A stretch of DNA of 63,858 nucleotides, counting the filler, from Trichosphaerium sp. ATCC 40318 (Eukaryota; Protista; Tubulinea), in the NCBI GenBank assembly GCA_038496445.1. It is 3 parts of 3 records of this genome, joined end to end, with 100 filler letters (N's around TTAATTAATTAA, not from the genome) between each part and the next. Parts side by side here need not be neighbours in the genome. Positions count along the whole stretch, not along the records: positions 1 to 27,540 come from JALMLS010000060.1; 2 more parts are not named here. One strand, given 5' to 3'. This document shows, piece after piece, positions 1-13,345 of the stretch (its first letter is position 1; every line of letters begins with the position of its first letter). The notes below the pieces were generated by a model. That model ran no database searches. It saw only the letters and a program-made list of their open reading frames with translations, and was not told the DNA's origin. The translations under genes were made by a program, and so were the position numbers.

Positions 1-904
1 GCGTAGGATGTGTATGTCAAGGTTTTTTTTTCTGTCACGTGATAAAACACGTGTTTTTGCGTTAACTCAACAAACTCTTGATAATAGACTGCTATAATTA
101 CAAGATACATAACTGGTCGGTTCCTGGATGAATACGATCCAACAATAGGTAAGTGAATCTTCAGTAACATGACTTGTTGCATTGTACTTCATGATATACA
201 CTCACACTGAATTTAGAAGACGAAACGATAATGTCCATCAAAAAGGGAAATTTTTATGCTAAATTTAGTGTACTAGATACCGCTGGCCAAGAAGAGTGCG
301 TATACATATCAGACCATTTTCGTGTTTTGTCTTTGTGAATTTACTTTTTATCAGGTACAGTGCAATGCGTGATCAATATATGCACAGGGAAGAGATATTT
401 GTTCTTGTTTACTCTAGTAGCAGTAGATCAAGCTTTGATGAACTTGTACCGTTTAGAGACCAGATCATGCGTGTTAAGGATATCGAAGTATTCCCAATGA
501 TATTAGTACTGCTCTTTTGCTGCGATTTTCGTGATGGTTCTGGACTGTTTGGTCACTTTTGTTTTGTAGGTTGCGAATAAGTGTGATCTAGATTATGAAA
601 CACAAGTACACGAATCTGAAGGTGTAGAACGTGCAAAGTCATGGGGAGCACGTTTTATTTCTGTGAGTTGTAAAACAGGACAAAATATTGAACAGCTTTT
701 TGAACTTATCGTTGAGCACTATCAACAAATGGTGTTACAGTTGCCACCTGTAAGGTATTGTCTATTTACAATATTTTGGTTGTTTTTGCTATTTTTTAAA
801 TTATTTCGGTTTCACACGTGTTACATTCCTAACCCTAAAATAGTACTACAAAAAGTAAATCCAAGATATCCAAATTTTTCTCTAAGATGCTTGGCAAGAA
901 ATGA
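1..904 (+). CDS. Ras-family small GTPase, multi-exon, 5' end outside window
   Basis: Spliced exons read TAIITRYITGRFLDEYDPTIED (G2/effector), VLDTAGQEEYSAMRDQYM (G3), VANKCDL (G4), VSCKTG (G5). Last exon (844-904) ends KSKISKFFSKMLGKK* with no CAAX. Confidence 0.9.
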
Positions 905-1414
905 TGTTACTCGTATAAGTTTAATGAAGGTTGTAAATGGTTTGTCTAGCTCAAAATGGCTATACGTAATCAAAACAACTTGCTTCATTCTTTTCGAAGT
1001 TACCCAGTTGTGTGGGGAGCGTCAGCAGCGGTAGTATCCTGGTTTTAACAAAAAGATAAAGGATTTTAGGACGCAACATTATCTTCTCTAATGGCATGCT
1101 TGACCCCAGCTACTCTCTGTTGATTAAAAGTAGTCTTAAACACTAAAATCAAAAGTTCACGTGATAGTTGGGCATCTACATTTTTGCTCAAACCTCTATT
1201 TTAATACTTTGCACGCGTAGTAAAATGTAACAAGTAAATTCTTTGGCTTCAAGAACGTTTTTGAAACTATTTTCGGAAATAAGAAAAAAAAGTCACTCCA
1301 ACGCCTTTAGAGCATGCACATAGTGGTTAGGGTAATGTATAAAGGCAGGAAGGTTTTGTGGCAGCGGACCGCTAATGAACCGGTTTTTTTCGTTTCAGTC
1401 CGAGACCGGTATTT

Positions 1415-1527
1415 CTGGTGGTACTATGTATTACAAAGGGACTACAAAACGTATTAAAGAATGGTACGAAAATGGCAACTTATGCCTTTCTGGCTACAAG
1501 CGAGGTAACTCTGTTGAAATTGAATGG
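1415..1527 (+). pseudogene. Isolated ~110-bp fragment of the MORN-variant repeat gene
   Basis: GGTACTATGTATTACAAAGGGACTACAAAACGTATTAAAGAATGGTACGAAAATGGCAAC... is near-identical to 25516-25620. Also present at ~14250-14355. Confidence 0.75.
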
Positions 1528-1854
1528 CACCCTGCGTCAACATACTTTTTCCACTGAAATATCATTCTAACTTAACAGGCCTTAAGCAGTGGATCCACTC
1601 GTTAATCCATTATGGTTTTCGTTCAACAGACGGATACCAAATTGTCACGAACATAAGAAACGTATAATCCTTTGAACGTTCTGTAACCTTCTTTTGCGGG
1701 CTTGCTTTACAGCTCAATGACTGTATTTTTAGGAAGCGTACACATAAATTCAGCGAGCGGCTGTCATTCTAGAAAAAATTTTCTCGGCTTTCGGGCTTCG
1801 GGTTTCGTATTTATAAATTTTAAAATCACTTTATTTACCTTCCGCTCTTAACAG

Positions 1855-4057
1855 ATGGACAGTATGGGTATCAAATCCAGTTTACTGGTATGTTTTGTAC
1901 TGCTTGCTATTGCTACAGCCCAAGGTACAGGTTGGGATCAAAGAAAACTACAAACAGAGTTAATTGACGGTTAAATAGATCCAATCGCGCACTTGAAGTT
2001 TGATGGTGACTTTGAAGGAGATTTGTTAACAACGGCAGGAACGGAAGATCCAATTTTTGTTGCGGATCGCTTTGGAAATGCCAACAGCGCTATATACTTC
2101 GGAGAGGAATCAAAGCCAGTTCGCATTAGTACGTAACGCAGTACAGAAAGGATATTTTACCAAAAAACGCGCTACACGCTTTAAAAACTACTCCTCTACG
2201 TTGCTCGTCGCGTTTACGTGCGTTTTTAGGTAATACAACAATACAAAGCGTATTTAAAAGCGCTCCTATGACTCTTTCCTTCTGGATTAGCCGTAAATAC
2301 AGACGTACACAGCCTATATTCGATGCTCGCGATACACCACAAAATGGTGGGTTTGAAGCTTACGTTGGGACGAATGGAGATGGAATTACAATGTGTTCAG
2401 CAAACGCTTGCAGTGGCAGAGTATGGCAGGATAATTTACCTGCAGGAACATGGTTTTTATTGACGTTTGTCGTTCAATCTGCAAACACAAACATCGAGTT
2501 CTATGTCAACAATGTTCTTGCAACAGATTTTGTAGTTACTGGAGGACCCGTATTATCTGCAACGTCTAATTTTTTACCTATTATTGGTGGAGATGGTATG
2601 TCATCTTCCAGTGCATTCAAATTTGACCCTGTTTTCAAACACACTATCACGTGACTTTGCTGAAAAAAATTTTTCATATTATTTATGTGTTGTGTTTGTT
2701 TTTTTTGTTGTACGTCTCATTCTCTTATTTTTGGATAGCAATCCGAAGTGGAAATGGCTACGCGATAGATGACATGAAATTTTGGGATAGTGCACTTGAT
2801 TCGACAGAAAGGTACTCTTTTGTTTAGTTGCGTTACTAATACGCTCTAGATCGGCACAACTTGACTTTACTTATCCTCCTTTTGCACCCTTTAATCAAGG
2901 ACTTGAACCTGGTAAGAAGACTTTCTTTTATATAGCCGTTTTTACAATGTACTTGATAAGGGGTTAATAAGTTATTATTATAGAGGCTCATATTACATTT
3001 GATGGTATAGGCGAGATTGGAGGAATGTATACAGACGCTGGTACTGATCCAGAGTTTGAAGCTGACCGATTTGGAAACCCAAACAGTGCACTTTGTTTCG
3101 AGGACGGAGCAAAGGAACTAGAAATAAGTACGCTACAATATACCTGAAAGGGTTATGGTGTGTTCTTATAGACTAACGAAATCTATCAAAGCTGATGAAG
3201 ATGTCTTCGCTGCTATTAAAAAAGCACCGCTAACAATCGCTTTTTGGCTAAGCAGAGAAAAAAACCAACGTCAAAGAATACTCACCTTTCGTGACAATCC
3301 TAACAGTGTTGGATTGGAGCTTTACTCCGGTATTAACGGTACCAGGCTGACTATGTGTGTGACTAGTAGCTGTAGTGGTACTGCTTGGATAGATAACACC
3401 CCTGCAAGGACATGGAATCTGATAATGCTTGAAATAATTAACACTAATAATCAAATTACTTTGTCTGTCAATAATGAAGTCGCAAAAGTATTTGAAGTTA
3501 CTCCACCTGTACTTGGTAATGCTCAATCTAGAAGACCTATTATTGGAGGTACGTGTTTTAAACAATACCTAGAAAGCTTTTAAAGTTCGACAAACATAGT
3601 CACGTGTTTCTTTTTTATATTTGGTTACAACTTATTTGCTATAGAAACTACTACAGGATTGAGTGGTAATGGTACCTGTATCGATGATTTCAGAGTATAC
3701 TCAAGGATGCTAGAACAGTGGGAAAAGTGCGTTTTTTTTAATTGTCAACTCGATGGTTATTGACATTCTCGTGCTAGAAACGCTTTACTTGACTTCCCGC
3801 CGACTCCACCACCGACTATATCTCCAACTACAGCAGAACCAACTGCTCCAATTGGACCAACACCACCAACAACAATAGCTCCCTCTGTGCCTCCGACAAC
3901 AGCTACACCAACAGCTCCAATTCCCCCAACCACAGTAGCGCCAACAGATCCTACTACTCAGGCCCCAGTAGCACCAAGTTCGCAAACAACAAGTGGTTTT
4001 ACATATGATAAAGCTGCAGTGTCAGCAATCGTAGCTCTCTTGTTTCTACTCTTGTAG
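1855..4057 (+). CDS. Secreted, probably GPI-anchored protein with two LamG-like (concanavalin A-like) jelly-roll domains and a Pro/Thr stalk (copy 1)
   Basis: Signal-like MDSMGIKSSLLVCFVLLAIATAQ. Two internally repeated domains with DRFGNANSA / DRFGNPNSA, TLSFW / TIAFW, W-x-L and IDD motifs. P/T-rich stalk, hydrophobic C-terminus AAVSAIVALLFLLL*. GT-AG introns. Confidence 0.8.
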
Positions 4058-4356
4058 CTGAATGGATTGATCACGTAATAAATCATTGTTAGACAAAGTT
4101 ATCTAAATGCGTACTTACAAATAACCCACCGTATAGGTGGACATATTACCACCCATTAACTAAGTAATTGTGTTTTGACAAAACTATTAGCTAAAACTAG
4201 CAAGTTCTGTAAACTTTACAGTGAAAGATTTTTGCCTTTTTTTCACTGAACAATACTCAACAGACATTAATTTGAATTAGAGAACCATTGTTTGCAACTG
4301 AAAAAAACCAAAGAGAACTGCAAAAGCAGCACACAAACCACAATAAACCTTTGCGA

Positions 4357-4961
4357 ATGGAGGAAACAACAACAAAAGCAACCCTAGTCTTACAAAAGCC
4401 AGGAACGTACACCATTACAATCAACCCAACAAAATCACACTTGAGGATGCTCCGGAGCACCGTGATCTATGCTGTACAGTATTCTACGAAGGTACATTTT
4501 AGCCTACAGCTAACAATGACAGGCAAATAGTACGATATCTAAAACACTATGTAGAAGCTAGTACCACATGGCATCAAGCTGGAGAGCATATTGTTGACTT
4601 TGTAAATGGTCTGCCAAATCCTAAGAACCAGTTTAAAAGTATTGGAGTAAGTAAAATGCACTACAACAACTGTATCATGAATACAGTCTACTACTACGAT
4701 GGAGTATCTCCGAATTGTGTTTATTCTGAATCTAAGTTGCACTTTGAACTTCACCAGCTGGGTGACGGAGATGGGAATCTCTCGCACCAGGTACACTGCC
4801 TGTTCTAACAGAGCAATCAGCATCCCGACTAACAGCTTGTTTAGCGACTGCTCAAGCGGTGTTTGGAAAGTTTGGGAAGAGACTCGCAGCTACAGGTGTT
4901 GCTCTCGCTGAAACATCGCAAGGACGTGACCCAAAAAACCTATTCATTCTATTGGGAGTAA
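4357..4961 (+). CDS. Hypothetical intron-containing gene, apparent frameshifts (copy 1)
   Basis: ATG at 4357, short GT-AG introns, open stretch VRYLKHYVEASTTWHQAGEHIVDF... Conserved in the copies at 8505-9108 and 17195-17801. No family recognised. Confidence 0.45.
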
Positions 4962-5071
4962 CTGTCCATCCTACGAGCGCAAGTTACTTTCATAGCTTTG
5001 GACTAAAAGCTTGTTGGTTCCATAAATAGTCTATTTTTGTTAAGGACAGGTGTTTTTTACCTCTCAACACG

Positions 5072-5680
5072 ATGTCAAAAGCTTGTCATTTCTGTATAAG
5101 CGTTGTAGTCATAGTTCTTAGAGAATACTATTATCACGGTGTTCTTGTAGGAAGGCAACGTGGTATAATAATGGTCACATGGAGAAGAAGTGTAAGTATA
5201 TGAACAGCAAACTTGAAGGAGGAAGGAGTGTACAAAAAATGGTACAGTAATGGTAGGCTTGAAACCAAGGTACACTATGTCAAAGGAAAGAAACATGGAC
5301 CTGAAGAGACAAGGTATGAGAATGGGAGCCTACAGACTATGATGTCATACACAAATGGTAAACTGCACGGGAATTATTAAACTTGGCATGCCAGCGGAAA
5401 GCCTAGTGTAAAATCATATGATAGAGGTCATTGTGTTGAATCAAATAAATGGTATGCTTCTGTGGATGCAAGCGTGGTACTGTGTATTACAAAGGGACTA
5501 CAAAACGTATTAAAGAATGGTACGAAAATGGCAACTATTGCCTTTCTGGCTACAAGCGAGGTGACTCTGTTGAATTGAAACATTGGTAATAATGGCAAGT
5601 GTAGACTCACTGAACAACACCACAAACGAGCGAAACATGGGACAAGGACTGAACGGTGCAAAGACGGAAAACTACTCTCG
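5072..5680 (+). pseudogene. MORN-variant (YwqK-like) repeat gene, disrupted; MULE-free copy
   Basis: Repeats KKWYSNGRLETKVHYVKGKKHGPEETRYENGSLQT, with an in-frame TAA and frameshifts. Single TGAGAATGG at the site occupied by the MULE in copy 3. Confidence 0.7.
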
Positions 5681-6449
5681 TGCGTATGAAACTATATAAT
5701 TTTGTCATTTAAATTTAGGGTTTACAAAAGGAAACACGTTTTCTGTGCTAAAAGACAACTGTATCAAAGTAATAGAGAGTAAAAAAAAGGTCAAAAAAAC
5801 CCTACAAACTTGAAGTCATTTTGAAGTGATACCAATAAGTACGTCATTGCTCCATTAAAGTCATAGGTATACACTATAAACTCAAACTGAGAACAATCTA
5901 TTGAAGGAGGATAGGATGCAGTTGACAAATGTAAGAGTGATGAGGGGGAGTTGCATTGATGGGATGTAATGGAAAGAATGGTTTGGCCAGTGGAGAGTTG
6001 TTTACAATTTGTGAAAAGACCAAAAGATGAACTTTTTAGGGACAGTTTTTATTCCTAAAAGATATACTTAAAAAACCACAAATCAAAAAATGCTCTTGCA
6101 ACCCTAAACCAATACAGAGGTGAGCTGGAGTTTACGCATAACCCCTTTTGTTTTTTTTGCACATGTCGTTTAATAAGCAGGAGGAGTTAGATAGATTTCA
6201 TAGGTGTTACCTGTAACTTTATGTCAAAGAACAAAAAGAACATGGTTGATGTAGGGCATTTGTGGTACAATATTTTATTGGAAGTTTCAAATTAAAAATA
6301 GTTGGAACAATTTTGAAGCACACCTCTTTCTTCGAGAGTAGCAATGAATTCGTGACAAGCTTCCTTGTAATAGACGGATATTATGCAAGTAGCTAATGAT
6401 TCATTCCTTTTTCTGTGATATTGGACAATCAACCAGGTTAATCTCTTTT

Positions 6450-7155
6450 ACACTGACCAAGCACCAAATATATCTGTCTGGGAGACAGTATGGCAGATGG
6501 AGTTGTTTCAGCTGCAGCGGGCGTTCATACCATAAGTTTGTTCCACAACAGATCAGTGACAGATGAAGGTATTTCTAAATTGGGGGGTGTACACACCATA
6601 GATTTAAGGCTTGCCAATGTAACGGACAAAGGTGTTTCAGCACTCGCTGGTGTACACACCATAAATCTGTGTGGACGTCAATGCATCACAGACGAAGGTA
6701 TTTCAGCGCTTGCTGGTGTACATAACATAGATCTATGTGCGTGCCCACTCATCACAGATGAAGGAATTTCAGCCCTCGCAGGTGCACATACCATAAGATT
6801 GAGTGAATGTGATCTCATCACAGATGAAGGTATTTCAAGATTGAAAGGTGTGAAGAAAATAGCTCTGTCAGGTTGTAAAGGAATCACTGTATCGTGTATG
6901 AAAAGTCTTACTGGTGTGCATTCAATCAATCTGTCTCGTAATGTAAACGTAACAGATAAGTGGCTCAGTCATCTTTCAGGTGTCAAAGAGATTAACCTGG
7001 TTGATTGTCCAAATATCACAGAAAAAGGAATTGAATCATTAGCTAGCTTGCATAATATCCGTCTATTACAAGGAAGCTTCTCACGTGAATTCATTGCTAC
7101 TCTCGAAGAAAGAGGTGTGCATGTAGATGAGATTCCAGACTATTTTTTAATTTGA
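6450..7155 (+). CDS. 3' part of the F-box/LRR gene (duplicate of ~26555-27261) in the spacer of an inverted repeat
   Basis: ORF 6490-7155 is essentially identical to the C-terminal 221 aa of ORF 26134-27261. Confidence 0.8.
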
Positions 7156-7789
7156 AACTTAGCAATAAATATTGTACCAGCAAATGCCCTACATCTTACC
7201 ATGTTCTTTTTGTTCTTTGACATAAGATACAGGTTACACCTATCTTTTTTATCACTAATCTCTCCTGCTTATTAAACGACATGTGCAAAAAAAACAAAAG
7301 GGGATTATGCGTAAACTCCAGCTCACCTCTGTATTGGTTAGGGTTGCAAGAGTATTTTTTGATTTGTAGTTTTGTACAAGTAGTATCTTTTAGGAATAAA
7401 AACTGTCCCTAAAAAGTTCATCTATTTGGTCTTTTCACAAAATTGTACAACTCTCCACTGGCCAAACCATTATTCCCATTACATCCCATCAATGCAACTC
7501 CCCCTCATCACTCTTACATTTGGTCAACTGCATCCTATCCCTCCTTCAATAGATTGTGCTCAGTTTGAGTTTATAGGTGTACTACCTATGACTATTAATG
7601 GAGCAATGACGTACTTATTGGTATCAGCTTCAAATGACTTCAAGTTTTGTAGGGTTTTTTTGACCTTTTTGTCTCTATTTTTGTGATACAGTTGTCTTTT
7701 AAGACGGCCAAAACGTGTTTGCTTAGGAATAGAACCCGAAACCTATTGTGAAATTTCACAAAAAGTAGTATAGTTTGGTACGTCACGAG

Positions 7790-8394
7790 CTGAGTTTTCC
7801 GTCTTTGCACCGTTCAGTCCTTGTCCCATGTTTCGCTCGTTTGTGGTGTTGTTCAGTGAGTCTACACTTGCCATTATTACCAATGTTTCAATTCAACAGA
7901 GTCACCTCGCTTGTAGCCAGAAAGGCAATAGTTGCCATTTTCGTACCATTCTTTAATACGTTTTGTAGTCCCTTTGTAATACACAGTACCACGCTTGCAT
8001 CCACAGAAGCATACCATTTATTTGATTCAACACAATGACCTCTATCATATGATTTTACACTAGGCTTTCCGCTGGCATGCCAAGTTTAATAATTCCCGTG
8101 CAGTTTACCATTTGTGTATGACATCATAGTCTGTAGGCTCCCATTCTCATACCTTGTCTCTTCAGGTCCATGTTTCTTTCCTTTGACATAGTGTACCTTG
8201 GTTTCAAGCCTACCATTACTGTACCATTTTTTGTACACTCCTTCCTCCTTCAAGTTTGCTGTTCATATACTTACACTTCTTCTCCATGTGACCATTATTA
8301 TACCACGTTGCCTTCCTACAAGAACACCGTGATAATAGTATTCTCTAAGAACTATGACTACAACGCTTATACAGAAATGACAAGCTTTTGACAT
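7790..8394 (-). pseudogene. MORN-variant repeat gene, inverted copy
   Basis: Reverse complement of 5072-5680. Confidence 0.7.
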
Positions 8395-8504
8395 CGTGTT
8401 GAGAGGTAAAAAACACCTGTCCTTAACAAAAATAGACTATTTATGGAACCAACAAGCTTTTAGTCCAAAGCTATGAAAGTAACTTGCGCTCGTAGGATGG
8501 ACAG

Positions 8505-9108
8505 TTACTCCCATAGAATGAATAGGTTTTTTGGGTCACGTCCTTGCGATGTTTCAGCGAGAGCAACACCTGTAGCTGCGAGTCTCTTCCCAAACTTTCC
8601 AAACACCGCTTGAGCAGTCGCTAAACAAGCTGTTAGTCGGGATGCTGATTGCTCTGTTAGAACAGGCAGTGTACCTGGTGCGAGAGATTCCCATCTCCGT
8701 CACCCAGCTGGTGAAGTTCAAAGTGCAACTTAGATTCAGAATAAACACAATTCGGAGATACTCCATCGTAGTAGTAGACTGTATTCATGATACAGTTGTT
8801 GTAGTGCATTTTACTTACTCCAATACTTTTAAACTGGTTCTTAGGATTTGGCAGACCATTTACAAAGTCAACAATATGCTCTCCAGCTTGATGCCATGTG
8901 GTACTAGCTTCTACATAGTGTTTTAGATATCGTACTATTTGCCTGTCATTGTTAGCTGTAGGCTAAAATGTACCTTCGTAGAATACTGTACAGCATAGAT
9001 CACGGTGCTCCGGAGCATCCTCAAGTGTGATTTTGTTGGGTTGATTGTAATGGTGTACGTTCCTGGCTTTTGTAAGACTAGGGTTGCTTTTGTTGTTGTT
9101 TCCTCCAT
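8505..9108 (-). CDS. Hypothetical gene, inverted copy
   Basis: Reverse complement of 4357-4961. Confidence 0.45.
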
Positions 9109-9408
9109 TCGCAAAGGTTTATTGTGGTTTGTGTGCTGCTTTTGCAGTTCTCTTTGGTTTTTTTCAGTTGCAAACAATGGTTCTCTAATTCAAATTAATG
9201 TCTGTTGAGTATTGTTCAGTGAAAAAAAAGGCAAAAATCTTTCACTGTAAAGTTTACAGAACTTGCTAGTTTTAGCTAATAGTTTTGTCAAAACACAATT
9301 ACTTAGTTAATGGGTGGTAATATGTCCACCTATACGGTGGGTTATTTGTAAGTACGCATTTAGATAACTTTGTCTAACAATGATTTATTACGTGATCAAT
9401 CCATTCAG

Positions 9409-11616
9409 CTACAAGAGTAGAAACAAGAGAGCTACGATTGCTGACACTGCAGCTTTATCATATGTAAAACCACTTGTTGTTTGCGAACTTGGTGCTACTG
9501 GGGCCTGAGTAGTAGGATCTGTTGGCGCTACTGTGGTTGGGGGAATTGGAGCTGTTGGTGTAGCTGTTGTCGGAGGCACAGAGGGAGCTATTGTTGTTGG
9601 TGGTGTTGGTCCAATTGGAGCAGTTGGTTCTGCTGTAGTTGGAGATATAGTCGGTGGTGGAGTCGGCGGGAAGTCAAGTAAAGCGTTTCTAGCACGAGAA
9701 TGTCAATAACCATCGAGTTGACAATTAAAAAAAACGCACTTTTCCCACTGTTCTAGCATCCTTGAGTATACTCTGAAATCATCGATACAGGTACCATTAC
9801 CACTCAATCCTGTAGTAGTTTCTATAGCAAATAAGTTGTAACCAAATATAAAAAAGAAACACGTGACTATGTTTGTCGAACTTTAAAAGCTTTCTAGGTA
9901 TTGTTTAAACACGTACCTCCAATAATAGGTCTTCTAGATTGAGCATTACCAAGTACAGGTGGAGTAACTTCAAATACTTTTGCGACTTCATTATTGACAG
10001 ACAAAGTAATTTGATTATTAGTGTTAATTATTTCAAGCATTATCAGATTCCATGTCCTTGCAGGGGTGTTATCTATCCAAGCAGTACCACTACAGCTACT
10101 AGTCACACACATAGTCAGCCTGGTACCGTTAATACCGGAGTAAAGCTCCAATCCAACACTGTTAGGATTGTCACGAAAGGTGAGTATTCTTTGACGTTGG
10201 TTTTTTTCTCTGCTTAGCCAAAAAGCGATTGTTAGCGGTGCTTTTTTAATAGCAGCGAAGACATCTTCATCAGCTTTGATAGATTTCGTTAGTCTATAAG
10301 AACACACCATAACCCTTTCAGGTATATTGTAGCGTACTTATTTCTAGTTCCTTTGCTCCGTCCTCGAAACAAAGTGCACTGTTTGGGTTTCCAAATCGGT
10401 CAGCTTCAAACTCTGGATCAGTACCAGCGTCTGTATACATTCCTCCAATCTCGCCTATACCATCAAATGTAATATGAGCCTCTATAATAATAACTTATTA
10501 ACCCCTTATCAAGTACATTGTAAAAACGGCTATATAAAAGAAAGTCTTCTTACCAGGTTCAAGTCCTTGATTAAAGGGTGCAAAAGGAGGATAAGTAAAG
10601 TCAAGTTGTGCCGATCTAGAGCGTATTAGTAACGCAACTAAACAAAAGAGTACCTTTCTGTCGAATCAAGTGCACTATCCCAAAATTTCATGTCATCTAT
10701 CGCGTAGCCATTTCCACTTCGGATTGCTATCCAAAAATAAGAGAATGAGACGTACAACAAAAAAAACAAACACAACACATAAATAATATGAAAAATTTTT
10801 TTCAGCAAAGTCACGTGATAGTGTGTTTGAAAACAGGGTCAAATTTGAATGCACTGGAAGATGACATACCATCTCCACCAATAATAGGTAAAAAATTAGA
10901 CGTTGCAGATAATACGGGTCCTCCAGTAACTACAAAATCTGTTGCAAGAACATTGTTGACATAGAACTCGATGTTTGTGTTTGCAGATTGAACGACAAAC
11001 GTCAATAAAAACCATGTTCCTGCAGGTAAATTATCCTGCCATACTCTGCCACTGCAAGCGTTTGCTGAACACATTGTAATTCCATCTCCATTCGTCCCAA
11101 CGTAAGCTTCAAACCCACCATTTTGTGGTGTATCGCGAGCATCGAATATAGGCTGTGTACGTCTGTATTTACGGCTAATCCAGAAGGAAAGAGTCATAGG
11201 AGCGCTTTTAAATACGCTTTGTATTGTTGTATTACCTAAAAACGCACGTAAACGCGACGAGCAACGTAGAGGAGTAGTTTTTAAAGCGTGTAGCGCGTTT
11301 TTTGGTAAAATATCCTTTCTGTACTGCGTTACGTACTAATGCGAACTGGCTTTGATTCCTCTCCGAAGTATATAGCGCTGTTGGCATTTCCAAAGCGATC
11401 CGCAACAAAAATTGGATCTTCCGTTCCTGCCGTTGTTAACAAATCTCCTTCAAAGTCACCATCAAAAAAAACTTCAAGAGTGCGATTGGATCTATTTAAC
11501 CGACAATTAACTCTGTTTTGTGTTTTCTTTGATCCCCAACCTGTACCTTGGGCTGTAGCAATAGCAAACAGTACAAACATACCAGTAAACTGGATTAGAT
11601 TACCCATATTGTCCAT
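9409..11616 (-). CDS. Tandem LamG-like GPI-type surface protein, inverted copy 2 (5' part noisy)
   Basis: ORF 10811-11197 is identical to 2268-2654; indels accumulate beyond ~11450. Confidence 0.75.
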
Positions 11617-13082
11617 CTGTTAAGAAGCGGAAGTAAATAAAGTGAATTAAAATTTATAAAAATACGAACCCGAAGCCCGAAAGCCGAGAAAATTATTTCT
11701 AGAATGACAGCCGCTCACTGAATTTTATTGTACCTTCTAAAAATACAGACATTAGCTGTAAAGCAAGCCCGCAAAAGAAGTTACAGAGAACGTTCAAAGG
11801 ATTATAATAATGTTTTGTAATGTTCGGACAATTTGGTATCCGTATTTGAACGAAAACCATAATGGATTAACGAGTGATCCACGCTTAAAGGCCTGTTAAG
11901 TTAGAATGATATTTCAGTGGAAAAAGTATGTAGAACGCAGGGTGGCCAGTCCAATTTCAACAGAGTTACCTCTCTTGTAGCCAGATAAGGCATAAGTTTC
12001 AATTTCGTACCATTCTTTAAAATACGTTTTTGTAGTCCTTTGTTTACACAGTAACACCAAAAATACCGGTCTCGTGACTGAAACGAAAAAAACCGGTTCA
12101 TTAGCGGTCCCTGCCACATAACCTTCCTGTATTATACATTAACCTCTAATCAAAACTGTGCATGCCCTAAAGGAGTTGAGTGACTTTTTTTTTTTCGAAA
12201 TACCGAAAATAGTTTTCAAAAACGTTCTTGAAGCCAAAGAATTTACTTGTTACAAATTTTTTACTACGCATGCAAAGTATTAAAATAAAGGTTTGGGCAA
12301 AATGTAATGAGACCCAAAATATCATCGTGAACTTTTGTTTTAGTGTTTAAGCTACATTAATCACAAGTAGCTAGAGTCCAAGCATGCCATTAGAGAAGAA
12401 TAATGTGTTGCATCCTAAAATCTTTATCTTTTTTGTGTATACCAGATACTACCGCTACTGACGCTCCCCACATAAATGGTGTCACTTTTAAAGAAGGAAG
12501 CAAGTTGTTTTGATTATGTATAGCCATTTTGAGCTGGACAAACCATTTTACCACAACCTTCATTAAACTTACGAAGCATTTTAAAGAAACAACTTATCAA
12601 AAAGACTTACTGCAAGTGATAATTAATGTACACATGCGCTGTATTTTGTTTTGGATAACTTTTTCGGTTGGCAAGCTGTATACAATATCTAATTTTATTT
12701 TCTAAATGTCACTCCTATCTGCTAACCAGTGGAATGATTCTGCTAATCCTTTTTCGTTCAACAAGCATATGTACCAACAATAAGCAAGACTTTAGTAACA
12801 TAAGTTTAGTCATTTCAAAGGGAAACAAAAAAACGATTTGTATTAAAAGGAAATGATTAATGCTATAGATAAAAAAGGCCAAAACAGTGCGTTTACAAAC
12901 ACACTTGAGTCATCATGGCGTTTTACTTTCTTGTAATTATATAGAGTGCCAAAAATTAAGTGCTTGTTTATACGAGTAATATCATTTCTTGCCAAGCATC
13001 ATAGAGAAAATTTGGATATCTTTGGATTTACTTTTTGTTAGTGCGATTTTTAGGGTTAGGAACGTCCACTGAAACCGAATAA

Positions 13083-13345
13083 GGTGTAGAAATGCAAAGT
13101 CATGGGTTAAATTTTCATAGTTTAAAACAGGCCAAAATATTGAACAGCTTTTTGAACTTATCGTTGAACACTATCAACAAATGGTGTTAAAGTTGCCACC
13201 TGTAAGGTATTGTCTATTTACAATATTTTGCTATTTTTAAAAATTATTTCGGTTTCACGTGTTACGTTCCTAACCCTAAAAATAGTACTACAAAAAGTAA
13301 ATCCAAGATATCCAAATTTTTCTCTAAGATGCTTGGCAAGAAATG
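13083..13345 (+). pseudogene. 3' fragment of the Ras-like gene at the second turn-around
   Basis: Matches ~620-904 (KTGQNIEQLFELIVEHYQQMV and the last exon). Confidence 0.7.
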
